From contig MU061814.1 of the NCBI GenBank assembly GCA_013265495.1, forward strand, positions 5,087,684 to 5,151,683: a stretch of 64,000 nt of DNA, in the 5' to 3' direction. Under the pieces are notes generated by a model. The model was given only the letters and a program-made list of their open reading frames with translations. It was not told the origin of the DNA and ran no database searches. Of this stretch, positions 22,501-31,322 are shown one piece after another. The stretch is from Vicugna vicugna. Its lineage: Eukaryota. Positions within the stretch are counted from its first letter, which is position 1; each line of letters opens with the position of its first letter. The translations under genes and the position numbers were made by a program.

Positions 22501-23242
22501 CGACGCCAGCAGGTCCCAGCCTGTCCCAGGGGAAGGCGGAGCGGGTCCGCCCCCTCCCCACAGACGGCCGGCCGCAGAGGCCAAGTCCCGCCCTCGCCGG
22601 GATCCCGGGACCTGGCGCCGCCAGGGACGAGGCATCGGCCCCCCTCGGCCGAACTCGACCGGCGCCGGCCGCCCTCAGGTCCGCTGCGCTCCGCCTTCCC
22701 GGAGGGACGCGCACTTCTCTGGCTGAGCCTGAATGGCCGAGTTGGGGTCACTTCTGTCCCACGAAATGCGGAACCAGAGCCTCGGGACGGTATGCGGGGG
22801 CTGCAGTCCGTACCTGGGCTCTCCGAGGCCCGCGGGGCTCCCGAAAGAGTTGGGCCGGAGTTCCGGAGTCCCAGTCCGAGGCGCCCCCGCGCCGGCGTCC
22901 CCAGCACCCCGCCCCGGCCCACCCCGCGGCGACCCTGCCGCGGCCCGCGCTCACCTGGATGGTCTGGTTGGGGTCCCCGCCGGCCACCGGGCCCCCCACC
23001 AACTTGCAGTAGAGGTCCTCGGTGGGGCGCGGGGCGCCGCGCGCCGGGGCCTCCTCGCCGCAGGTGGCCGAGGCGGCGATGCGGGCGCCCTCGGCCAGGT
23101 TGAAGTAGGGCGGGTGCAGGCTGAAGCCGCCGCCCGCCGCCGCCGCCGCCGCCCGCGCCGCGCCCAGCAGCGCCAGCCCGGCCAGCAGCGGCGGCAGCGC
23201 GGGGCCCCAGGGGCCGCGGGGCCGCGCGCCCGGCTTCGCCAT
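1505..23242 (-). CDS. LAMA5: Laminin subunit alpha-5, 5' part of gene (coding exons 1-11; continues beyond position 1)
   Basis: Eleven GT-AG exons join in frame (1471 nt) to give signal peptide + laminin N-terminal (LN) domain + 3 LE repeats: [16 protein letters not shown]...GQYCDIC...YYYSIKDIS...[19 protein letters not shown]. Confidence 0.98.
1736..1870 (-). CDS. LAMA5: LAMA5 exon 10 (135 nt)
   Basis: [44 protein letters not shown] (LE3). Confidence 0.97.
2080..2170 (-). CDS. LAMA5: LAMA5 exon 9 (91 nt)
   Basis: [30 protein letters not shown]. Confidence 0.97.
2292..2410 (-). CDS. LAMA5: LAMA5 exon 8 (119 nt)
   Basis: [39 protein letters not shown]. Confidence 0.97.
2551..2880. repeat. 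Degenerate (TG)n/(CA)n low-complexity block
   Basis: Alternating purine-pyrimidine runs at 2551-2700 and 2800-2880. Confidence 0.8.
2888..3003 (-). CDS. LAMA5: LAMA5 exon 7 (116 nt)
   Basis: [38 protein letters not shown]; CAG / GTGAGT. Confidence 0.97.
4345..4435 (+). mobile_element. MIR fragment
   Basis: taaagcactgagcaggatgcctgccatattacaagctctcaataaatgtt matches the MIR 3' part. Confidence 0.65.
4480..5350 (+). mobile_element. Ancient L1M/L1ME ORF1-region remnant, interrupted by the SINE
   Basis: A-rich; aaattattgaaattaaagattcaaaggatggg...ctagacagcagatcagacacagctgaaga resembles the L1ME ORF1 coiled-coil region (recalled consensus). Boundaries approximate. Confidence 0.55.
4628..4748 (+). 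mobile_element. tRNA-derived SINE, camelid-type (vic-1-like), with 15-bp target-site duplication
   Basis: A box tagctcagcggtagagc, B box gggttccatcccc, tail aacctaattatctcccc + A-rich end; flanks aaagattcaaaggat / aaagactcgaaggat. Confidence 0.85.
6819..6897. repeat. Polypurine tract
   Basis: About 80 nt of A/G with a single C interruption. Confidence 0.85.
7010..7090 (+). mobile_element. MER5A-like (hAT-Charlie) fragment
   Basis: agcttggtaaagatgcagattcctgggccctgcctca. Confidence 0.55.
7572..7669 (-). CDS. LAMA5: LAMA5 exon 6 (98 nt)
   Basis: [32 protein letters not shown]; end of LN domain, start of LE1. Confidence 0.97.
7804..7974 (-). CDS. LAMA5: LAMA5 exon 5 (171 nt)
   Basis: [57 protein letters not shown]; GTGAGT donor. 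Confidence 0.97.
8075..8193 (-). CDS. LAMA5: LAMA5 exon 4 (119 nt)
   Basis: [39 protein letters not shown]; canonical splice sites. Confidence 0.97.
8991..9108 (-). CDS. LAMA5: LAMA5 exon 3 (118 nt)
   Basis: [39 protein letters not shown]; CAG / GTGAGT. Confidence 0.97.
16455..16543. repeat. Purine-rich tract followed by (GGAT)n
   Basis: ggatggatggatggatggatg from 16499. Confidence 0.85.
18205..18357 (-). CDS. LAMA5: LAMA5 exon 2 (153 nt)
   Basis: [51 protein letters not shown]; CAG acceptor, GTAC donor. Confidence 0.97.
18673..18787 (+). mobile_element. Diverged third SINE copy
   Basis: gctcagtggcacagcctgtgcttggtgtgtgcacgaggtcccgggatcaacccccagtgccc aligns by eye to the tRNA head of the other two copies. 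Confidence 0.6.
19247..19315 (+). mobile_element. MIR fragment
   Basis: ctgggccaagtcac...ctgagcctcagtgtccccatctgaagagtggggtaat. Confidence 0.55.
21441..21552 (-). mobile_element. MIR fragment
   Basis: ccgttttacagacgaggagcctgaggctcagggagg...cacagctaagg. Confidence 0.6.
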
Positions 23243-23710
23243 CTTCCAGCTCCGGGGACAGCGAGCGCGGCGGGAGCCCGGCGAGTCTGCAGCGCGGCCG
23301 CCGGCCCGGCCCGGCTCGCTCCGCCCGAGGACGTCAGGCCCCGCCCCGGCCCGCCCGGGCGCCCGCGCCCCGCGCCCCGGGGAGGGGGCGGGGGAGGCCG
23401 GGGGGAGGGGCGGCCGGCGGCCTTAACCCTTGGGACCCCGGCCCGGCTGGCCTTCCGGAAAGGACACCTGCTGGCCTCGGGCCAGGCCGTGGGAACGCGA
23501 CGCCGCGGCGGCCCCCAGGGCGTGGCTCCCGGTCCCGGGCGCTCCCCTTGCGCCCTCCAGCACCCCTCGCCCCGGCGGGCCGGCCCGCTCTACCTAGTCT
23601 GGCGGCTCGGTTCTTTGTTTCCCTAACTTCGGGCACATCGTGGCGGAGCGCCCCCGGCGGCCTCAACTCAGGCGACGCGGCCGGGAGTCGGACACGTTCG
23701 CCACGGGTCC
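22540..23710. promoter_or_regulatory. LAMA5: LAMA5 CpG island / promoter (GC boxes, near-CRE GACGTCA at 23330-23336)
   Basis: Very high CpG density spanning exon 1 and about 450 bp upstream; multiple GGGCGG. Confidence 0.9.
22955..23242 (-). CDS. LAMA5: LAMA5 exon 1 (coding part, 288 nt)
   Basis: ATG at 23242; MAKPGARP...GGDPNQTIQ; donor CAG|GTGAGC. Confidence 0.97.
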
Positions 23711-24780
23711 AGTCCTGGCATCTCCCCCATCAACGGCCCAACTCGTCCCCACCATAACTCCAGAATGGCCACAGCATCCCAGACGACTTCCACCTGGGAG
23801 CCTGGATGCTTGGGTTCCCAGGCTTGAGGGGGTGAACTCCGGAGACAAAGCATCACCTCTTTGACCCCCGCAGGTTTTTGGGTTTTCTCCCCTCATACTG
23901 GCCCTTATCCGCCCCATCTAGCAGGTGTGTGGGAAGGTGCACTCTGCCAGCTGTGAGTGTGCTGGGAATATGATCTGATGAGAGACAGGGAGAGTCCGAC
24001 AGGGGATCCCATCTTCCCTGGGGTGGCCAGGTCAGATTCAACCCACCTGGCTCCCACCTGCCCAGGGTTTGGCTTAAAAATACTCTAAAATCCGGAAATG
24101 GATCAGGAGGGACTGGACCCACCCAGGGGGTCCCTGTGTCCAATGGAGGATGCTCAGAGCCCAGTGCGTGCCAGGAAGATTGGCTGTGAAAGAGGACATC
24201 TCCTGGGCACCTGCTGTGTCCGGGGTGGGGGGGAGCAGGCAGGCGTGAGCCCACCCTCGCGCCTGGGTGTGCCCTGTTTTGGGGCTCTGTGGATTCTGCC
24301 ATCTTTGTCTGCCGGTCAGACCCTCCCGTTCAGGGCAGGCGCTCAAGGACACCAGGGAAATGGGCCGGAGCCTAGAAGCCTGAGCTCAGAGTGGTGTCCC
24401 AGCTGTTTCTGTGTTTGGGTGGCTTCAGCCACTGGGTCTCCTCCCCTCAGGCTCCTGGCCCAAACTGGCCTCAAGGGAAGCCCTGATGGGGCGAGGCGGG
24501 TGCAGCTGCTGGGCTGGCAGCTCCCCCCCATTCTCTGAGCCAGGCCAGCCGAGTGTCTGCCCCACGTGGGACCCCCTGGACAGTCCTGGGGAGCCGGGTG
24601 AGTGTGTGGGGTGATGGCCAGCTGGTCCTGGCAGGGGTCCTGCCCCAGCAGCTGTTCCCGGAAGGTTGCACCACTAGCTACATCTCCCTGGCTGTCCCCG
24701 GACTCCTGCAAATCCTGAATCCCAAGGGACTGGACTGACGCTTCTCTAGGAGTTGAGAAACAGGCAATGAAATGACCCTG

Positions 24781-24832
24781 CTCCCCACCTCCCTCCCCTC
24801 TCCCCTCTCCCCTTCCCTCTCCCTCCTCTTCC
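24781..24832. repeat. Polypyrimidine (C/T) tract
   Basis: ccctcccctctcccctctccccttccctctccctcctcttcc. Confidence 0.8.
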
Positions 24833-27619
24833 AGCAATTCGGTACCTCAACCTGGGGAAGGCAAGAAAAGGTGGTTCCCTAAGCTGGAGAAGCTCTGAGT
24901 GGGGGAGGGGCTGGCCCAGGGGAAGGAGGACCTGCAGGAATCTGGAGTCCTGGAGCAGACAGGCTAGCTCGAGATGTAATTTATGATCCCTTGGGAGGCA
25001 CACACGGAGGGTCCCCAGATGGGGGATTTGACCTGCCCCCACTCCACTCCGCCTTCCCTATTGTCCAGAGGCCCCCATCACACACATCTCAGCAGTACCT
25101 TCTGGCCCCGGCACCCCCTGACAGCTGGGGACCCAGGCAGCCCTGGGGGCTGGGGCTGGAAACCCCCCACGCTGGCTTCTCTACGTGTGGTGCGGCTAGC
25201 GGGCAGAGGTGAGGGGTGGGAGCCCTCTGAGCCTCCTGGCAGCCAAGCACAGGCAGGAGGGAGCGGCAGCTGCTGGAGAATGCGCTGAGTCAGCCGAGCA
25301 TCCGGCGCTGGGGGGGTTAATCCTGGGCTAGCTGCTTCCCAGCCGACAGCTGCCCCAGAAGCAACTGGGCAAGGGGAGAACGGTGGGGTGAAGTGGGCAC
25401 AGGAGAATGTGACAAAAGGGGCTGGGCGAGGTGCCCACCCTCTGCTCCTACCCCGTGCCAGCTGGTGTGCCCCAGCCGGGGCAGCGTGGAGGATGGAGGT
25501 GTTATCCCAGCCAGGCACACTGGCCTCTTGGGTGGGGGGAGGGGTTTCTGGGGGCAGGTCGTAGGCAGGGCAAGGGAGAGGGGCCCATCTCTGCCCACCT
25601 TCCCCCTTGCTGCCCGTGTCACCTTTCCAGCAAATCATCTCCAGACAGCCCAGCGAGTGTGTCTCCCGTCTTGCTTTGACTCCTGGGCTACCCAGCACCT
25701 TTCCTACTTAGGAGCTGGGAAACTGAGGAGAAAGGTCCAGCAGTGGGTCAAGAACACGTAGCTAGCAAGGGGGAGGGAGTTGGTCTGTCACTCATTTTCT
25801 CCCCCTGTGTGTACTGGACACCATTCGGGCACAGGTCCCCAATGTAGCGCCCCCTCCCCAAAGCAGACCGGCCCAGCTTTCTGTCCCAAGTCCACAGGAG
25901 GGGGATGCCCACTCTTGGGGGGTCAGAGTGGGAGGAGTCAGCTCACGGGGGAGGGGCGTGGAGGCTACCAGTCCTCCTCTGTCTTTCGAGGCTCTCGCCA
26001 ACCCCCACCCCAGGGTAACAGGAGCCCCAGGACCTGTGGGAAGTCAGACACAGATGGCAGCCCGACTGGGGAAGAGATGCTCCTGGACCGGGGTGCAGGT
26101 TCGCGGAGTGCCCCTCAGCCCCGGGACGTGGGGTCTGGGCCAGAGGAGCCTGCCCTCGGGACAGCGCCCCTCACCTGAGCCCGGAGCCTGACAGCAACCC
26201 CGGGAGCCCCCTGCTCGGCCCCATCTGTGGGGCAGCTGTGGGGACACACCTGCCTCAGCCTAAGCCCTAAAAGTGACCTCTCCGGGAAGCAGCTGTAGGG
26301 GGCGCCACTCGCTTTACGCTTGCGCAGCATCACCGTGTCACAATCGGTAGCAGATGGCTGTGCCGGAGCGCCTGTCCCAGAGCCCAGCTCTCGCAAGGGG
26401 CCCTGCACCCTTGGGAGGAGCTGCACGGTAGAGGCGGGTCTGTGCGGCGCCGTGTGGGGAGAAGGAAGCCCCCATCCCCGGGCGGGCGTGCGAGCAAGGC
26501 GCGAGGCTCTCTGCTCCTTGCCCGGGGTGTTTGTCTCTGCAGGAAGAGGGTTCGGAGCCCCCAGGCTGTGGTGTGGAGTATCTGAGACTGCGCTCCCTCC
26601 CCTGGGCTGCTCTGATGCCCTTCCAGGGAGCCCAGCTGCGAGAACCGGTACCGTGTCCCGAGGGCAGAGCAGCGGGGGGTGGGGGGGCAAGGGCAAGGCT
26701 GAGGCTGGTGGCCGCTGCCAGCCCGGTGGAGGAGGACGTGGACCAGCTGGGAGCCCTGAGACAAGGCCTTGTTACTTAGGAGGCTGTAAGCCCAGCAGGA
26801 TGGGGACCAGGAGAGCTCCCAGGCCTCTTGGCCACTGCTCAGCCTGGAGTCCTCCCCCGACCTGGGGCTGGCACAGTCCACTGCCCAGCAGCCCAGCTCC
26901 CGGCTGCTGAAGGAGCTGGAGGCCAGCAGGCAAAGGACAAGCCTCAGTGAACCGAACGGGTATCAGGGCCCGAGGACGGCAGGAGGCCCAGGGCAGTGGC
27001 TGCACCCCCACAGGCCAGGAGCATCCCATCCCCTCCTGGGCTGCCACCTGTCCCCAGCCCTCCAAGGGCTGCTGCCTTCAGTAGGATGGGGCCAGGTGAG
27101 TCCCAGCATTTCCAGCGTGAGGAGGGTCTGGGGACAGGTCCCTTGCTGCTCCCTAAGGAGTGGTGTCTCCTCTCCACCTGCAGGCCCACCTGGGCCACCT
27201 CCGGGCTCTCCCCAGCTTTCAGGGCATGTGGCTCTGGGAAACCTCAGAGGCCCCCAGACTTTGGGTTGACCCCAACCAGATGGCACTGACCCCACGCTGC
27301 CTGGCCAAGGCTGCTCCTTTGGGAGCCTTCTGACCCTGGAGCACTGGAGGGTCCACCTCTGCTGGCTGTGTGCCCAGCTCACAGGCCACACTCCCCCAGA
27401 GTGCCCACTGCAGGCCTGATCCCCGGGGGTCCTGATGCGGGCGCCTGCACACCAGAGGTGCTTTGAGACCTGGGCTGGCCAGCCCCCCAGGTCCTGGGCT
27501 ATCCACAGAGGTTCCCCAAGGCTCCTTTCTCCCATTCGGATCATCGTCTTCCTGGCTGGTGTCCTGGACTGGCAGGCCTGACCCTATAAAAAGCATATGA
27601 CCCCGGGATACTCTGAAAT

Positions 27620-27757
27620 CTGGGGCTTCAGGGGTGGAGCACGTGCTTAGCATGCACAAGACCCTGGGCTCAATCCCTGGTGCCTCCATGTAAACAAACA
27701 AACAAACCTAATTACCTCCCCCCTACAAAAAAAATAATTAAAAAAAATAAAAAAATA
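27620..27757 (+). mobile_element. Second camelid-type SINE copy
   Basis: gagcacgtgcttagcatgcacaagaccctgggctcaatccc...aaacctaattacctcccccc + poly(A); same family as the copy at 4628. Confidence 0.85.
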
Positions 27758-29982
27758 CATTTGAGGCTTTGTGACTCTCCACGGGGTGTTTGGTGTGATA
27801 TCAATGAGCAGAGAGCCCTTGACTGGGCTGGAGTCCAGGGTCCAGCTTGGACACCCCTCTCCCATGGCCTCTGTGTCTCCAGCTGAGTGTAGGGGACCCC
27901 CACCCTGCTGACACTGGGCTCTGTGAAGCACATCGTCAGCTGGAAGGAATCGAATCAGGCACCTTGTGGGCTGGAGCCCTTACGGTAACAGCTAGGCCCT
28001 GGGCAGCACACCCAGCCCACTGCCTCCTCCCTGGCCAAACACGGCTCTGCTTGTCTCAGGATAAAACCAGACCCAGCACTGCAGCCCACCAGGCCCCGTG
28101 GAACCTCCCAGCTACGCCCTGCCTGTCTGGTCAGTCAGCAGACCCTCCAGGCTGTCCCCCATCTGTCTCATGGGGACAGTGGCTTTACTACTTCCACCCA
28201 GGACACAACAGAGCCCTTGCCCCTTTTTTCTGACCATCTGGGCCTCCAGGCATCTCCCCAGAGCCAGCAGGTGTGTGCCCAGCCTGATCTATTGGGTGCG
28301 TTCATTTTATTAAACTACATCCGACCTGTGTCCTGCCTGTTTGTTTGGCCATATCCTCAGGTCTGGTGAAGAGGAGGCACCCAGAGAGTGCCCACTGCAG
28401 GCAGGAACGGCCTCCCGGACTTACCTCCTGCAGGTCCCTCCAGGTGTCAGAGGGCCCTGTGACTTGGTGAGTCTAGAGGAAGTCTCGGGGTTCCCAGGAA
28501 GAAGCCCCGCCTCTGAGCCCCGATGGTCCCAATCCTGTCCCCATCCTGTGCCCCTTCCTGGCCAAGGCTCTAGAGAGGCAGCCCCTGTTGGGGAAGCAGG
28601 GTGCAGGGAGGGGGTAGCCTGTGATGGGCCCAGATGTCTGCATCCTTGCCAGACATTACCCCTCCCTGGCTCACTAGATGCTCCCCCTGGACTCAGCTCT
28701 TGGACTGAGGGACAAGTCTCAGCCACAAATCTCGGGCCCCAGCCTCAGGGAATGGTGTGGGTGAGGTAAGTGGTCCTGGGAACCCCAGGGTGGGGGCCTG
28801 GGACCTCCCTGGAGACCCAGCCATCCCCAGGGAGTAAAGGGAGGGGCTGCTGCAGTAATGAGATTGCTCTTAGGACTCCAGACCCGGGTGTCCCCCAGCA
28901 GCCTGCTGGGGTGTGAAGTTGGGGGTCCAGCCTTCTGATCTCAGATCTGTGGGGAGCACATGGGGGACCTCAGAAGAAGGCAGTGACCACTGAGTTTACC
29001 TTGGTCGCTGCATCCTCCACACAGGACTGCGGCGTCCTCATCTGATGTCCGTGGAGCCGACGTCTCCACAGTGGCATTTTTTATCCTATTTGACCTTTGG
29101 CCCTCAGGGCTCCCCAACCCCCACCATAAACTCATCACCACCTCTCTGCTCTGTACTTCACAATGGGCAGCCCTGGGGGAGTCAACTGAGGGGCAGGGGT
29201 GCCCAGCATGGAGGGAGGGGGTGGCATCCTGGGACCTGGCTTGCCCCTGCCCTCCTCCTTCACTGGACTGATGCCCAGCAGGCCCCTTCCCCCGCCTCCA
29301 TCCCCGGGGACCTGGCCAAGCTCTGGCTCCCCTGGGGCGTGGGGCGGGGGCGAGGGCTCTGCAGCTTCTGCAAGAAGTGCCCGCGGACGGCCTTATATGG
29401 CCAGGAGGCCTCACTGCCCGGGAGGAATCCGATCCCACGGGCAGGGCAGGGCCGGGGCTGCGGGAGCCAACCGCTGGGAGTGGCTGCAAGGCGCCCCCAC
29501 TCCTGGGCGCACAGCCCTCTAAGGGGAGCCACATTAGCCCGAGCCCCTCAGCAGCTCTGGGACACCCGGTCAGGGGCCCTGCGGCAGAGGGGCTCACTGG
29601 CAGCTCCTGGTGGGGCAGGCAGGCTCCCTTGAGCCCTGCGGGTCTGTCACCCTGGCAGGAGCAGCAAGACTGCAGGTCAGCCTGCCCCTCCCGGCACCAC
29701 AGGAACCACACCAGGTATGGCCCCCCTACTCCGTGCCTGCGGGGCCGAGGTCCAGCAGCCCCTGCTCAGGCCTTGACCGGCCGGGCCTGCTGGCCCTCAG
29801 CACGTGGCCTCCACCCCTGGGCAGGCCTGGCCTGGCATCAGCCGCTCCCTCAGAGCAGCACCCCTCCACAGCCAGGCCAGGGGCCTCCCGCGCTGCCTCA
29901 TCCTCCCTGGCCCTCCCCCTTGCCCTCCGTCGCCCTCCCCTGTCTCCCAACTCTCCCTCTCTGGGCTGTCACTCTCCGGCTG

Positions 29983-30107
29983 CTCTCCCTGTCTCTGTCT
30001 CTGTGTCTCTCTGTCTTTCTGTCTCCCTGTCTCTTTCTGTCTCTACTTCCCTGTCTCTCTCTCACCTCTGTCTCTCTCTCTCTGCCTCTCTCTCTCTGTC
30101 TCTCCCC
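29983..30107. repeat. Degenerate (CT)n/(CTGT)n microsatellite
   Basis: ctgtctctgtctctgtgtctctctgtc... Confidence 0.9.
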
Positions 30108-30914
30108 ACACCTGCTGCCCTGGGTGTGCCGAGCCCTGCTCCTCGGGGAGCCCTGGGCACTGTCCCCACGTCTGGCCTCAGAGCACCGCCAGCACCTCGC
30201 TGACCCTTGGAGAAGGGATCTGTTTCTGATACGGAGGCAGCCGTGGTGGTGACAGAGCCACTTCCTACCTGCCAGGGCTGTCTGCCCCAGGAAGGGTAGG
30301 GGCCCTACACAGAGAGGTGTCGACAGCTGTCTGTCCAGGGTGGGCTCCGACAGGACACAGCAGAGGGACAAGGGCTATCAGGCGGCTGGGCCGGGTTGGG
30401 CAGGAGGCCTGGGGCATCACCTGCCCTGTGCATCCTCTGCAGGTCAGCCCAGCTCTCCCCCTGGGCTGGCAGGAGCAGGAGGGGACGGGGTGGGGCCCTC
30501 AGGAGACCTGGCCTGGATGCTGGCCCAGCGCTGAGACTCACCCCGCTGGGGCCCCGGCTGTGGTGAGGGGTTTCTCTTCTGTCACCTCAGGTGGCTTTTC
30601 AGAGGCAAACTGTGCAGTTGCCCCTGCGGGAAACTCTTCAGCCCTCCAGCAGCCTCAAGACTGGAGGGCCCATCCCTGCCCCTGGCCCCACCTGGCCCCA
30701 CCTGCAGCAGCCGCTTGCTCCTTGTAGCCCTCAGCACTCCAGCTTCACTGGCCTCCTTACAAACACTAAGTGCCCCCTCACACCGCAGGGACTTTGCACA
30801 AGCCGAGCCACACCTTCCACGAGGAATTTTCTCCCACCTCGCACTCCGTAGGCACACCCTGCAGACCCCAGCTCTGGAGGCCCCAGGGGCCCCTAGTCTG
30901 CTGTATGTTTTTCC

Positions 30915-31015
30915 TTCATTCATTCAACAACTATTTAAAATTCTCATTTATTTCATTTAATCTTATTTTATTATTTATTGTGCATCCCAGGCCCTGTGCT
31001 GAGCAGGTGCTGGGC
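30915..31015 (-). mobile_element. L2 3'-end fragment
   Basis: cattcattcaacaactattt...tttattgtgcatcccaggccctgtgct. Confidence 0.5.
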
Positions 31016-31243
31016 AATCGTGGCTGGACCCTGGGACCCCTGTGCCCTGTCGCCTTCACACTGGCCAGGAGGCCCCGGGTGGGGACAGGCAGGCTGAAAG
31101 GAGAGGGCTCAGTGTCTAGACCCAGTGTCCCTCTTGGGCAGCCTGAGAGCCACAGCTTCCTCTCTGGCTGCTGAGCAGAGTGAAAACACCAGGCAGTGAC
31201 AAGTGTGGGCGAGGACGTGGGAAGTCGGGCCCCCCCCCCCCCC

Positions 31244-31322
31244 NNNNNNNNNNNNNNNNNNNNNNNNNNNNNNNNNNNNNNNNNNNNNNNNNNNNNNNNN
31301 NNNNNNNNNNNNNNNNNNNNNN
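31244..31322. other. Assembly gap (79 N) between poly-C runs
   Basis: N run. Confidence 0.99.

Noticed and set aside
29377-30252. 291-aa ORF with a Leu/Ser-rich hydrophobic end
   Set aside because: The hydrophobic stretch is the translation of the (CT)n microsatellite.
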